Virus record (IMG/VR): IMGVR_UViG_640427134_000001
Span: 29,660 to 93,659 of that record
Reading direction: 5' to 3' (one strand)
Length of the DNA stretch: 64,000 bases
Origin: a virus
Positions 47,549 through 58,355 of this stretch are shown here, piece by piece (position 1 is the stretch's first letter; each line of letters begins with the position of its first letter). Position numbers and translations under genes: made by a program. Below the pieces are notes generated by a model. It worked only from the letters and a program-made list of their open reading frames with translations. It did no database searches and was not told where the DNA came from.

Positions 47549-47596
47549 AAGACTAACGATAGCATTGGCTTTGCTGATGCTATCTATCATCTAGGG

Positions 47597-48430
47597 TTGG
47601 AGAAAATAATGCTAATACAAACAAATTTATCAGCTGTTAAAGCCAATCAAGGTACACCGGTGGATGTGGTCGAAGAATGGTTAAAAGAGAATGGGAGAGT
47701 CGAATCGCTCCCTGATAATTTAGTGAAAGGTGATTCTTATTTTAATAATGTAAACACCAAGGAGATTCAAAAGAGACAAATTAAAAACAAACAACGTGCA
47801 CGTGATTTGCATGAGGCAATCGTTAGTGTGGCTGGCAATCTACCAAAGAGCAAGGCTCGTGAGATTGATTTTTCAGACGAGCATTACACTAACTTGGTTA
47901 GCCAGGTTAAAAGTAGATTTTTTAATGGGGAATTAGTTAAAGCAACTGATTATAAAGGCGTTTATGCAATATCAACAATGAGTTGCATCCTATCGTGGAT
48001 AGCCGCAGATTTAAGATCAAAAGGCTTTGAGATCGTTACTCTAAAAACTGAAGCCAAACGAAACCTTGGTTGGATTACTGAAAGCGCGTTAAATGAAAGG
48101 CTTTTGACTAAAAAGAATGCTGAAGCTGTTCGCAAACGTCTAGAGCCAATCAATGACTTATCTAGCCAGCAGATCTATCACCAAACGATTGCAGAGATTG
48201 CACAAAGAATATTAGCAGGCCAATTTGTAAGAGTTGAAGAATACACTGCTAGGCATTCAAGAGTTGTTACCCTAAGAATGGTTGCACTGGCTCTCAAAAA
48301 ATCAAACATAGTAAATGATGTGGTATCTGTTAACTATGAGCGCGGAAGAAAAGCTGGTTGGGTGCTCGAATCTGAGGTGCATAAAAAGCTCACCAAGGTA
48401 AATGACTGCCCTCAAACTGAGGAGGCATAA
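47597..48430 (+). CDS. Hypothetical phage protein
   Basis: 277-aa ORF in the early-left operon. Confidence 0.6.
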   Translation: MEKIMLIQTNLSAVKANQGTPVDVVEEWLKENGRVESLPDNLVKGDSYFNNVNTKEIQKRQIKNKQRARDLHEAIVSVAGNLPKSKAREIDFSDEHYTNLVSQVKSRFFNGELVKATDYKGVYAISTMSCILSWIAADLRSKGFEIVTLKTEAKRNLGWITESALNERLLTKKNAEAVRKRLEPINDLSSQQIYHQTIAEIAQRILAGQFVRVEEYTARHSRVVTLRMVALALKKSNIVNDVVSVNYERGRKAGWVLESEVHKKLTKVNDCPQTEEA

Positions 48431-48757
48431 ATGGACTTATTAACCAACCGTCGATTTGCTAATGCATCTGAATTTGAATTGATAGCACTCGCATTAGATG
48501 AAGGTTATGACTCACTAGCATATGCCCTTGCCTGCCGCTTAGAGCGAAACTTAAATCCTGAAGAGTCCGGACAACTCAGAAAGCTGCAAGATGAAAATCA
48601 TGATCTATATTATGAGATAGATGAGTTAGAGTTTAGGGTTTGTGCGCTCGAACAAGAACTTGCGAGTATGGCGGACAATGAAGAGCGTCTAAAGGGGCTA
48701 GTCAGTCGAGCCAGCCGAGCTGTTAACAGCAGCTTGGCTTTGTTTAAGGAGGATTGA
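48431..48757 (+). CDS. Coiled-coil hypothetical phage protein
   Basis: GGAGG Shine-Dalgarno; heptad pattern. Confidence 0.6.
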   Translation: MDLLTNRRFANASEFELIALALDEGYDSLAYALACRLERNLNPEESGQLRKLQDENHDLYYEIDELEFRVCALEQELASMADNEERLKGLVSRASRAVNSSLALFKED

Positions 48758-48768
48758 TATGACTAACG

Positions 48769-48975
48769 ATGGAGTTAAAAGAATTAAGAAAGATGCGCAA
48801 GCAGTGTTTGGTTCGAATGGGTAGCATGATGACATATAAACATAGATCAAAAAACATCACTTGCACGGTCTTAGATACAAGCGATAGTTACGTGATTTAT
48901 CAATATGTGCATGATGGCTTGATAGTGACAAACAAAACAAAGATTGATGACTTTTTAGATGAATGGGAGGTATAA
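48769..48975 (+). CDS. Hypothetical phage protein
   Basis: 68-aa ORF in operon. Confidence 0.5.
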   Translation: MELKELRKMRKQCLVRMGSMMTYKHRSKNITCTVLDTSDSYVIYQYVHDGLIVTNKTKIDDFLDEWEV

Positions 48976-48977
48976 GG

Positions 48978-49193
48978 ATGAGCGTAGCTGGAAGGCGAAC
49001 CGAGGCATTAGTTAACACGCCTAAACAAGTTAACTGTATTTTTGCCATACACTTTGACGATGAAAATGACGTTCGTTATCAGGAAATTGCAAAACTTATT
49101 CTTAATAAAGAGTCTTGGAATAACGGCAACTTGGTGACTGCACTACATTGTGACAGCCTTGATAATATGATTAACGTAATTGAAGGCAAATAA
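48978..49193 (+). CDS. Hypothetical phage protein
   Basis: AAGG Shine-Dalgarno before ATG 48978. Confidence 0.5.
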   Translation: MSVAGRRTEALVNTPKQVNCIFAIHFDDENDVRYQEIAKLILNKESWNNGNLVTALHCDSLDNMINVIEGK

Positions 49194-49194
49194 T

Positions 49195-49830
49195 ATGACA
49201 AACAAGGCAATCGATTTATTTTGGCATAACGACAGTAAGGCTCACAGCCCTTTTACTGAATATGAAATCAGGAAAAACGTGGAAACCGGTAAGTACCTAA
49301 TTAAATACTGGAACTATAACGAGGTTACTCCAACTACTGAAAAAGCAGTTGAGCCACCGCAAACTGCAACTGGATTTATCAGCCTTGAAGGTGCTAAAAA
49401 TTGGGCACAAAATCATTTTGAGGAGAAACTACAAAATTGGTTCAAAGCCTCAACTGAGCGTGAGTTATTAACTAATAGCATACAAAGTCTTGTTGATGCA
49501 TGCCACTCACGAGCGGCAGCAAATGGCTGGTGGACTGATCTCTCAACTGGTAAACCTCTAACTCGCAACAAAGGTGAGATGATGATGCTAATAGTCAGTG
49601 AGATTGCTGAAGCAATGGAAGGTCACCGCAAGGGCCTGAAAGATGATCACTTGCCAGCCTACGGTATGGAAGATGTCGAATTTGCTGACGCTCTTATTCG
49701 TATATTTGATTATGCCGGTGGGCACAACTTGAAATTAGCCAACGCGTTTGTTGATAAGCTTGATTATAACGATAACCGCGTTGATCACAAAATTGAAAAC
49801 CGTAAAAAAGACGGTGGCAAAAAATATTAA
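49195..49830 (+). CDS. MazG-like NTP pyrophosphohydrolase fused to an unknown N-terminal domain
   Basis: H.....GWW, L..SEIAEAMEG.RK, E.ADALIRIFD and K..YN..R motifs in the C-terminal half. Confidence 0.78.
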   Translation: MTNKAIDLFWHNDSKAHSPFTEYEIRKNVETGKYLIKYWNYNEVTPTTEKAVEPPQTATGFISLEGAKNWAQNHFEEKLQNWFKASTERELLTNSIQSLVDACHSRAAANGWWTDLSTGKPLTRNKGEMMMLIVSEIAEAMEGHRKGLKDDHLPAYGMEDVEFADALIRIFDYAGGHNLKLANAFVDKLDYNDNRVDHKIENRKKDGGKKY

Positions 49831-49839
49831 GGAGTTGAA

Positions 49840-50103
49840 ATGATTGCACGTAAACCATGGGCTAAATACACGGCTCAAGAGATTGAACAAATGCGCATAG
49901 CAGTGATGTACGCACCGCCAGAGGCACCATTCACTCCAGAGTATGCAGCGGCCTACCTGGGCAAGTCTTCAAGCACGTTACAATACCTACGATCGCATAA
50001 GCCAAAAGCAATTCGATATAGTAAGATTGGGGGGCATATTAGATATCTCAAAAAGTATTTAGACGAATATATTGCTAATGGCGAACACCATCAGACAGCT
50101 TAA
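49840..50103 (+). CDS. Excisionase-like wHTH protein
   Basis: TPEYAAAYLG.S.STL.......IRY.KIGG.IRY.K..LDEYI pattern; last gene before att. Confidence 0.75.
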   Translation: MIARKPWAKYTAQEIEQMRIAVMYAPPEAPFTPEYAAAYLGKSSSTLQYLRSHKPKAIRYSKIGGHIRYLKKYLDEYIANGEHHQTA

Positions 50104-50120
50104 ATGTATGAAGCCATATG

Positions 50121-50150
50121 AAAAAAGTCAGCGTACTGCTGGCTTTTTTT
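50121..50150 (+). terminator. Intrinsic terminator
   Basis: AAAAAAGTCAGC-GTACT-GCTGGCTTTTTTT. Confidence 0.75.
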
Positions 50151-50412
50151 GTATGCCTAACTAATGCATTATTCAACCGAACCTTCATAATCGCACACCT
50201 GTGCCACCGCAAATCTAAGTTATAAAATCATTGTTGCTCATCGTTGTTTGCTGTTTTATATACTTTTTATGTACTCGAAATTTGTTGTTACATATTGCTT
50301 ATTGTTGTCTTACCCATACAATATTTTATTTAAACCTATGTAAATAAAGGGATTAAAGCCAAAATATATAGCTCGTCATTGATAATTGTTTTTGATTGTT
50401 GATGTGATTAAC

Positions 50413-50461
50413 AGGACTCATAATCCTTTGGTCGTAGGTTCAAGTCCTACTGGGCCCACCA
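50413..50461 (+). repeat. att core: 3' half of tRNA-Ile(CAU) (anticodon arm to CCA), not a complete tRNA
   Basis: AGGA-CTCATAA-TCCT anticodon arm, GTAGG-TTCAAGT-CCTAC T-arm and GGGCCCACCA end; no D-arm or 5' acceptor strand upstream. Confidence 0.9.
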
Positions 50462-50472
50462 TATTTTGATTC

Positions 50473-50506
50473 AAGGCTTACCGTCATATTCGGTAAGCCT
50501 TTTTTT
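50473..50506 (+). terminator. Terminator of the original tRNA locus
   Basis: 11-bp stem AAGGCTTACCG/CGGTAAGCCTT plus T-run. Confidence 0.85.
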
Positions 50507-50540
50507 ATATACGTTTGAGAAAGTTTCTGAAATCATAGAA

Positions 50541-51692
50541 CTACAATGGTACGTATAGAATGATAGGAGGACGACCGACAAAATCCGCTTTATGCACTGC
50601 AGAGTAAGCGCCGCTTTGATAAGTAACTTCATTACCCTCTTTGTCCGTGACAGTATAAGTATATCCATTTTCAGCAAGCTGATCAGCGTAGTCTTGAACA
50701 TTAGTAGCTGTACCATAAAAGCGTGCTTTGCGTATGGGTACTTGTTTAATACCTTGGTTGTTGTTTAAATCCTGTAATGCCACACTACTGGTTAGACCAC
50801 CACGACTATGGCTGCTAGTATCTATTTGTAATCCTTTATCCATCGCCTCACGATAAATATCTTGATTTAGCTTTTCTGAGTTGGTTAACGGTAGCTTACC
50901 TCCTAGAATATCATTTAATTTATCATATCCAGCATACATTAACTCTGAAGTCGCTGAAGATAAAATCCACCATCCATCATACTTACCTGTTGGTGGATTC
51001 ATGACGACTAAAGTACCTATTTTATTAGTTTCATTGGTGTTCTGTTTAGCGGCATTGACTAAAGAGGCTTCTTTATCATTAAAAATACCCGGGTTTGAGA
51101 CCGTAACGACCTCATCATTTTTCTTAATAAGATTTAACTCTTCTTCAGTCAAATCATTTAAAGACCAAATCTGTCTTGACTGACATTGACCTCCTGTAGA
51201 TGCTGAACACGTTTGAAACCACATTTCTTTTGGCGTTGTTGCTGATCGTCTTGCCCTATCTGCCTGCGTTACACCAAACATACCCTTAAGCATATCAGTG
51301 TCGCCTAAACCCCATATTGCTCCTAGTCCTGCATCTATCCAACGCACTTTTTCGTTAAGTTTTGCAGCTTCTGCCTCTAGTCGGATGGACTCACTAGTAT
51401 CATGTCCACCATTTTGTTGACGAATATTAGTTGCCTGCTCTCTTTTTTTATCGACATCTGCATACAATTTTCGTTTTAGTTCCACACGCTCTTGATCAAA
51501 AGCCCTCGTAATCTCAACCTGAGCCCCAAGCTCCTCATTAACGTTGCTCACATCAAAGGTGTTTTCAAGTGGCTCATTTAAACTGTCTTTGGTAGTGGTA
51601 GTCACTTGTGACTTACCTGCCATGCCAGTGACCGCGGCTTTAGTGATACTGCTTTGACTGTCGCTGTCTGTGCCGTAGCCTGCACCCTGCAT
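50541..51692 (-). pseudogene. Fragment of a filamentous haemagglutinin / TpsA-CdiA-like protein
   Basis: GYG.DSDSQSSITK...LENTFD...V..EL..Q..IT..F stalk motif and SHSRG alpha/beta-hydrolase-like motif; no N-terminus, cut by an IS remnant. Confidence 0.65.
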
Positions 51693-51699
51693 ATTGGCT

Positions 51700-52102
51700 T
51701 GTGGGTTGGTGTCTTTGGCTTTACCAATATTCGCTACCTTGACCAGTTAGCCGAGTGGCATGGTTATCCTAAGCAGATCCGTGTGGATAACGGCAGTGAG
51801 TTTACATCTAGCACATTCACTGACTGGGCATCGGCTCATGGTATCTATATTGACTATATTGAGCCTGGCTGTCCTTATCAGAATGCTTATATTGAACGGT
51901 TTAATCGCAGTTATCGCAATGAGGTTTTAGATTGTTATTTATTCAATGATTTAAATGAAGTCAGTCAACTGACTGAGGAATGAATCACGGTTTATAACAC
52001 CGAAAGACCCCATGATTCACTTAATGATATGACACCTGCCCAGTACAGACAGGTGGCTTAATTATTCTACGATGATGTTGTGTTAAGAATGGGGTATTTA
52101 CA
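51700..52102 (+). mobile_element. IS3-family (IS407-like) right-end fragment with internal stop; left boundary approximate
   Basis: YPKQIRVDNGSEF...PG.PYQNAYIERFN; premature TGA at 51981-83; ends GGGGTATTTACA. Confidence 0.82.
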
Positions 52103-52223
52103 ATAACAGCTTTATAACAGGTATAAAAAAACGCGCAGCCCATTAATATCAATGAATTACGCGTTTTTATGTTTATTGCACTTTTATCTAGGTGACATGA
52201 TAAAACTCAGGGTTTGTACACAT

Positions 52224-53333
52224 CTACTCTTGAAGTATAAGGCCCAAAAGCTGTCTACGTATCTCTTTGGTTGATGCTGCAAGATCTACAGTAGCAAACT
52301 GAATTTTATGGTCTTGAATAACCATATACTCATTAATATCTTCGCCCACTGAAGGGTGTATAAATAAACCACAGGCATTCCTATCCAAAAAATCTCCACT
52401 GTCTTCTTGAGATCTTAGGTAAGCATACATCTGATAAATATAGCTACTTCTTAAAGTCTCGTGTCGATACCAACCTCTTGTCAACACAGCATTAAACTTA
52501 GTATCAATAATAGTACGTTGCCCTAAATCAAGATTATCAATAATGATATCGGTCTTCATGCTAGGCAAGATTTTATCGATACCTTGACTACTATCCGTCA
52601 CTGGCCAATTTATTCTCTTACCAGCCGTTACCTTATAGCCATGATTTGATAGAGTTATTTCATAAAACCCAGCAACACCCTTTTCAAATAATTTTCGCAA
52701 CCAAGGCAAGTCTTCTCTTTCAGGTCTAGACAAATACTTTGAACCCGTCACCTCAGTAGGTAGCGCTAGATTAAAGGCCAAGTGTGCCACTGTTAGCATT
52801 GGCTTGTCTTCCGCGTCATGCCGACTCAGCCTATCTACAGATAGCTCTGCTCTACTAGGTAATACCTGACTAACACCCATACGTCTCAAACGTATATCTA
52901 ACGACCGGCACCTATGTGCTAGCTCTTTACGCTGCACTATTTTAGCAATCCGCTCTAGAGCACCTCTAACATACCTATTACGGGCAGTATCAATCGTTAG
53001 TTCATCAAACCTACAGGCAACCTTACCTCGATCTAAGAGACGATTTCGCTCAGTATTAAGTAAATCAATCCTTCCACGAACCCTACTTACAACTGCTTCT
53101 CTACTTTGATAACCATAACTCAAGTTACGCTGAATACGATGCTCTACACGCTGACAGAGCATCTCAGCAATTAGGTCTGGAATATCATCGGGATTTTCTT
53201 CAACAGCGACCCTATCTTTATTCAGCTCTCTGTAGATATCTGATGCATACAGCATAAGAAGCCAAAGGTTACGAATAGGTATCTCACCTATGTACCCAAT
53301 ATCATCTGCAGGCATTTTATAGTAGGCCTTCAA
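52224..53333 (-). CDS. mcrC: McrC nuclease subunit
   Basis: IPIRNLWLLMLYA N-terminus, IIDTKF and YQMYAY motifs. Confidence 0.9.
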   Translation of the reverse strand: MKAYYKMPADDIGYIGEIPIRNLWLLMLYASDIYRELNKDRVAVEENPDDIPDLIAEMLCQRVEHRIQRNLSYGYQSREAVVSRVRGRIDLLNTERNRLLDRGKVACRFDELTIDTARNRYVRGALERIAKIVQRKELAHRCRSLDIRLRRMGVSQVLPSRAELSVDRLSRHDAEDKPMLTVAHLAFNLALPTEVTGSKYLSRPEREDLPWLRKLFEKGVAGFYEITLSNHGYKVTAGKRINWPVTDSSQGIDKILPSMKTDIIIDNLDLGQRTIIDTKFNAVLTRGWYRHETLRSSYIYQMYAYLRSQEDSGDFLDRNACGLFIHPSVGEDINEYMVIQDHKIQFATVDLAASTKEIRRQLLGLILQE

Positions 53334-53544
53334 TTAAACGCTTTTGAATTTGTTTCGACTTTTCTATATTGTCAAACCAATACTCATCCAATAACGGACC
53401 AATTTCGGTATCGACAACATCACAAAACCACTCTTTTGCATTGTCATTTGTAATACTTGCACCAACAGGAGGTGTAACATAACTATGACCTATTCTAAAT
53501 TGAGGGCCCAAGTTGGGATCTGCTGCAATTTCATTATTGAGAGC

Positions 53545-56099
53545 TGATGTATGCTGAAAAAAACGGACAAAAATATTTGGTAAACTAGAATCCTAAACAG
53601 GAGTTTACCATGAGTAAGAAAAGAGTAGAATACAGCGACACTTTCAAAGCTGAAGCCATCGCCAAAGTCAAAGAAAATAACGGCAACATCAGTCAAACGG
53701 CTAAAGAACTTGGCATACCCATGAACACACTAGCAAACTGGCATAGGAAGGCTGAAAGAGGCGTACTTGCAGGCACCCAAAATTACAATTCTGAACTCAT
53801 AGCCGCCTTGGATGAAATCAAAGACCTAAAAAAACAACTAAGAATCGCTCAAGAGGAACGAGAAATTCTAAAAAAGGCAACGGCGTACTTTGCCAAGAAT
53901 CAATAGCCAAGTACGCCTTTATGCAAGAGAATCGATTGAAATACTGCATACAACGTATGGCGACCGTATTTGAAGTCAGCCTATCAGGCTACTATGACTG
54001 GCTAAAGCGAGGCATGAGCAAGCGAAAACAGCACCACAATCGCTGTGAGTTACTGGTCAAATCCGCTCATATGGATACACAGCAAAGCTATGGGCATGAA
54101 CGCTTGACCTCTGCTGTCAACAACGGAGAAAAACATTTGGTAGATTTCATCAGGCAGCCTGACGGTAAAAGTCTTGGAATACTTGAGTAGGTGACTTAAA
54201 TCCTAACCCTTTTTGTATTCGTTGACGGTTGTAAAAAATCTCAATATATCTAACCACATCCTTAATGGCTTCATCACGAGTCTCATAGACTTTGTGATAA
54301 ATCAGCTCGTTTTTTAACTGACCCCAGAAGCTTTCAATCGGGGCGTTATCGTAGCAATTGCCTTTTCGGCTCATAGAGCCAGCAAAACCATACTTGTCGA
54401 TGATTTGGCGGTATTGATGGCTACAATACTGACTACCCCTGTCAGAATGCACGATTAAGCCCCGAGCAGGGCGTTTGTACTTAATGGCATTGTTTAAAGC
54501 CTCACAAACCAAATCAGCGGTCATACGCTTATTTAGAGCATATCCCACAATCTCTTTGCTGTACAAGTCTTTGAACGCTGCCAAGTACACCCAGCCTTCA
54601 TTGGTCCAAATATAGGTAATATCGCTAACCCAAGCGATATTGGGTGCTGCCACGTCAAACTGCTGTTCTAACAAGTTTGGATACACAGGCTTATTATGAT
54701 TTGAGTCAGTAGTCACCTTAGATCGCTTGTGGCGTTTGCAGTAAATACCATGTTCTTGCTTGATTTGCCGAACCATGTACAGGCTGATGTCGTGTCCTTG
54801 GCTGGTTAAATGCTGATGCAAGCGTTCATGCCCATAGCTTTGCTGTGTATCCATATGAGCGGATTTGACCAGTAACTCACAGCGATTGTGGTGCTGTTTT
54901 CGCTTGCTCATGCCTCGCTTTAGCCAGTCATAGTAGCCTGATAGGCTGACTTCAAATACGGTCGCCATACGTTGTATGCAGTATTTCAATCGATTCTCTT
55001 GCATAAAGGCGTACTTGGCTATTGATTCTTGGCAAAGTACGCCGTTGCCTTTTTTAGAATTTCTCGTTCCTCTTGAGCGATTCTTAGTTGTTTTTTTAGG
55101 TCTTTGATTTCATCCAAGGCGGCTATGAGTTCAGAATTGTAATTTTGGGTGCCTGCAAGTACGCCTCTTTCAGCCTTCCTATGCCAGTTTGCTAGTGTGT
55201 TCATGGGTATGCCAAGTTCTTTAGCCGTTTGACTGATGTTGCCGTTATTTTCTTTGACTTTGGCGATGGCTTCAGCTTTGAAAGTGTCGCTGTATTCTAC
55301 TCTTTTCTTACTCATGGTAAACTCCTGTTTAGGATTCTAGTTTACCAAATATTTTTGTCCGTTTTTTTCAGCATACATCAGCTTGCATCAGCATTTAACC
55401 AGCCAAGGACACGACATCAGCCTGTACATGGTTCGGCAAATCAAGCAAGAACATGGTATTTACTGCAAACGCCACAAGCGATCTAAGGTGACTACTGACT
55501 CAAATCATAATAAGCCTGTGTATCCAAACTTGTTAGAACAGCAGTTTGACGTGGCAGCACCCAATATCGCTTGGGTTAGCGATATTACCTATATTTGGAC
55601 CAATGAAGGCTGGGTGTACTTGGCAGCGTTCAAAGACTTGTACAGCAAAGAGATTGTGGGATATGCTCTAAATAAGCGTATGACCGCTGATTTGGTTTGT
55701 GAGGCTTTAAACAATGCCATTAAGTACAAACGCCCTGCTCGGGGCTTAATCGTGCATTCTGACAGGGGTAGTCAGTATTGTAGCCATCAATACCGCCAAA
55801 TCATCGACAAGTATGGTTTTGCTGGCTCTATGAGCCGAAAAGGCAATTGCTACGATAACGCCCCGATTGAAAGCTTCTGGGGTCAGTTAAAAAACGAGCT
55901 GATTTATCACAAAGTCTATGAGACTCGTGATGAAGCCATTAAGGATGTGGTTAGATATATTGAGATTTTTTACAACCGTCAACGAATACAAAAAGGGTTA
56001 GGATTTAAGTCACCTACTCAAGTATTCCAAGACTTTTACCGTCAGGCTGCCTGATGAAATCTACCAAATGTTTTTCTCCGTTGTTGACAGCAGAGGTCA
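53545..56099 (+). mobile_element. IS3-family copy 2, inserted in mcrB and itself interrupted
   Basis: TSD AGC (53542-44 / 56100-02); 2555 bp = 1276 + 1276 + 3. Confidence 0.95.
54105..55380 (-). mobile_element. IS3-family copy 3, intact, inverted inside copy 2 (orfA 55019-55315, orfB 54150-55004)
   Basis: TSD GCT (54102-04 / 55381-83); 1276 bp; same OrfA/OrfB translations as copy 1. Confidence 0.95.
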
Positions 56100-58355
56100 A
56101 GCAGTTATCCTTCTTTCTATCTCAGTTAGTAGATTAGAACCAATGCCATTTTGAGTATGTACCCAATCATACCAAGGCTTTCCTAGCTTAGGTTCTAAGT
56201 CTATGAATGCAAATCGTCGTCTCAATGCCAAATCAACTAAAGCAAGTGAGCGGTCTGCAATATTCATCGTCCCTATAACAAATAGATTACTTGGAATATA
56301 AACCCGCTCCCCTTTCTCCATCTTGTACGATAGCTCTAATGCCTCTTCTGGCGTTCGCTTATCAGTCTCAAGCAACGTGAGCATCTCACCAAATATTTGA
56401 GCAGGGTTGCCTCGGTTAATTTCTTCAATAACCAACACATACTTAGAGTTAGGATTGGCAATTGCAGTCTTAATCATCTCCATAAATGGACCATCTACAA
56501 GCTCAAGCTTGCCAGCGCCTGATGGTCTCCACCCTCTTATAAAGTCCTCATAAGATAAGTTGGGATGAAACTGAACCGCTCTTATCTTACTATCATCTTT
56601 TTGACCGATAAGTGCGAAAGCCAATCTTTTTGCTCGCCATGTTTTACCCGTACCAGGCGGGCCTTGTAATATCAAGTTCTTCTTAGTGCGCAGTCTTTTT
56701 AAAATCCTCTCAACTTCTACTTTTTCAAGAAAACAGCCATCACTAATTATATGATCGACAGAGTAGGAGTCAGGCATAGTGGTATTTGTTGTACTACCCT
56801 CCTCCTCATCTAATAGCTCATCGGCCTCTTGAGGCTTATATTGATAAGCGGCATACGATAACTCTGGGAAAGAATGAACAGGATAGCTGTCTTCTTGAAA
56901 GCGACTCTCTATTTTATCTATTACTTCTAAGTAGTCTTTTGAGGTACATCGCTTATTTGGTCCATTAGTATTTATAGGAATATTAAGTTTATGAGTAATA
57001 TACCTCTTAGATTGACCATCCAGTGTTAAGAACGTCCAAGGTCGAATCCAATAAAGTCCCATTGTAAGATTCCAACCAACGCCATGCACTTGCATAGCCT
57101 TATCATAGGCAATCGAAAAATCATTAACAATATCTTCACTGTCGCCTTCATCGTTTTGGTCAGCCAATGAGATTGCTTTTGCAAACACTTCCCATAAGTT
57201 ATCAATATCGTCTGGCTGACGCTTATAGCTATATCCAAAAAACCAAGTTGACTGATTATTTACCACTGGAATGCCATCAAACGAGGTCGGTATAGGCTCT
57301 GAAACTCCTATTAATTCAGACAATTCTTTAGCTATCTTTTGTCTATTTTCATTCGTCAGACCTCGATTAAATAAAGCAAATACTGTAAATGGACAAATAT
57401 CTTTTAGAGGACCTCCTTTAATACCCTCCTCATATTCATCATTCAACACAGACATTACGGCTATTTTTTCTGATATCTTATGAATATCTGCTATCAACTC
57501 TTCACGGCGATTGTGATATTTCAAAAGCTGAGTTGCAAATTCCTCATAAAAACTGGTCCAGTTAAATCGAGATTGCTCCTTAACACTGTCTCCAAACCTT
57601 TCACGCCAAAAAGGATCATTACGAAACTTATCTATATCCTGATTAATCCCATTAAAAGTGAAATCAATGAGATTAACCCTAGCCCATGTCTCTGGAGCTA
57701 CTCTCCAAACCGTATTACGTGATGTGAAAAAATACCACTCTCTTGGCTCAAAACCCTCATCCCACTCTACCTTTAGCGTTTTACCATCACCTAAGTTTTC
57801 AACCACAGTACCAATAGCTTTAATCGCCATCACTGAAACGGTATGTCCTCTATTATCAAAAGGTAGGTTATTCTTACGAGTATAAGCAGACTTAATAGCT
57901 ATTTTTTCGCCTGACTGAATGGACTTAACTAAGTCAGCCTGTTTATCATTATTTACTTCCCATATGCCTTCTTGAATAAATCGCTTAGTCTGATCTTTTG
58001 TACCTCCAAAAGATGCCCCTACAAACCAGTAATTTTTATTTTCATTAATATCTATGTCATTCATTATTTTAATTATCCTAATATCAGATATATCTTATCC
58101 AAATAGTTTTTACTAAAAACCTTTAATTTAATGTTTTCCGTACTTGCTTTTGCAAGTATTTCAAACCTATCGTTTAGTATTAAATTTTAAGCTGAAATTA
58201 AATGTTTTTTAAATGTATTGCCATTTACATTATAGTTTAATATATTACAAATGGATAATATTACGAAACTTTATAAAAACATTTATGCAACTGGTATTTC
58301 TAATTCACTGCTTTACAACTATTTAAGGAATTAAAGTTTATTAGAGGACTAAACT

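Larger units (their letters stand above)
1..50461. mobile_element. Integrated prophage, right part (P1-like virion genes plus lambdoid early region); left end outside window
   Basis: Virion, terminase, replication, immunity and recombination genes in lambdoid order, ending at a tRNA 3'-half direct repeat (att) at 50413-50461. Confidence 0.92.
53317..58064 (-). pseudogene. mcrB: McrB AAA+ GTPase, split by an IS insertion (729 aa if restored)
   Basis: GPPGTGKT, IEEINRG and MNIADRS motifs. Removing 53545-56099 and one AGC copy restores ...ERRITA-LNNEIAADPNLGPQFRIGHSY in frame. Confidence 0.92.

Noticed and set aside
50165-50220. Possible integrase C-terminal remnant on the minus strand
   Set aside because: The open frame is only about 16 codons, bounded by a stop, with no catalytic motif.
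50413-50461. Functional tRNA gene
   Set aside because: Only the anticodon arm to CCA is present, with no D-arm or 5' acceptor strand; treated as the att repeat.
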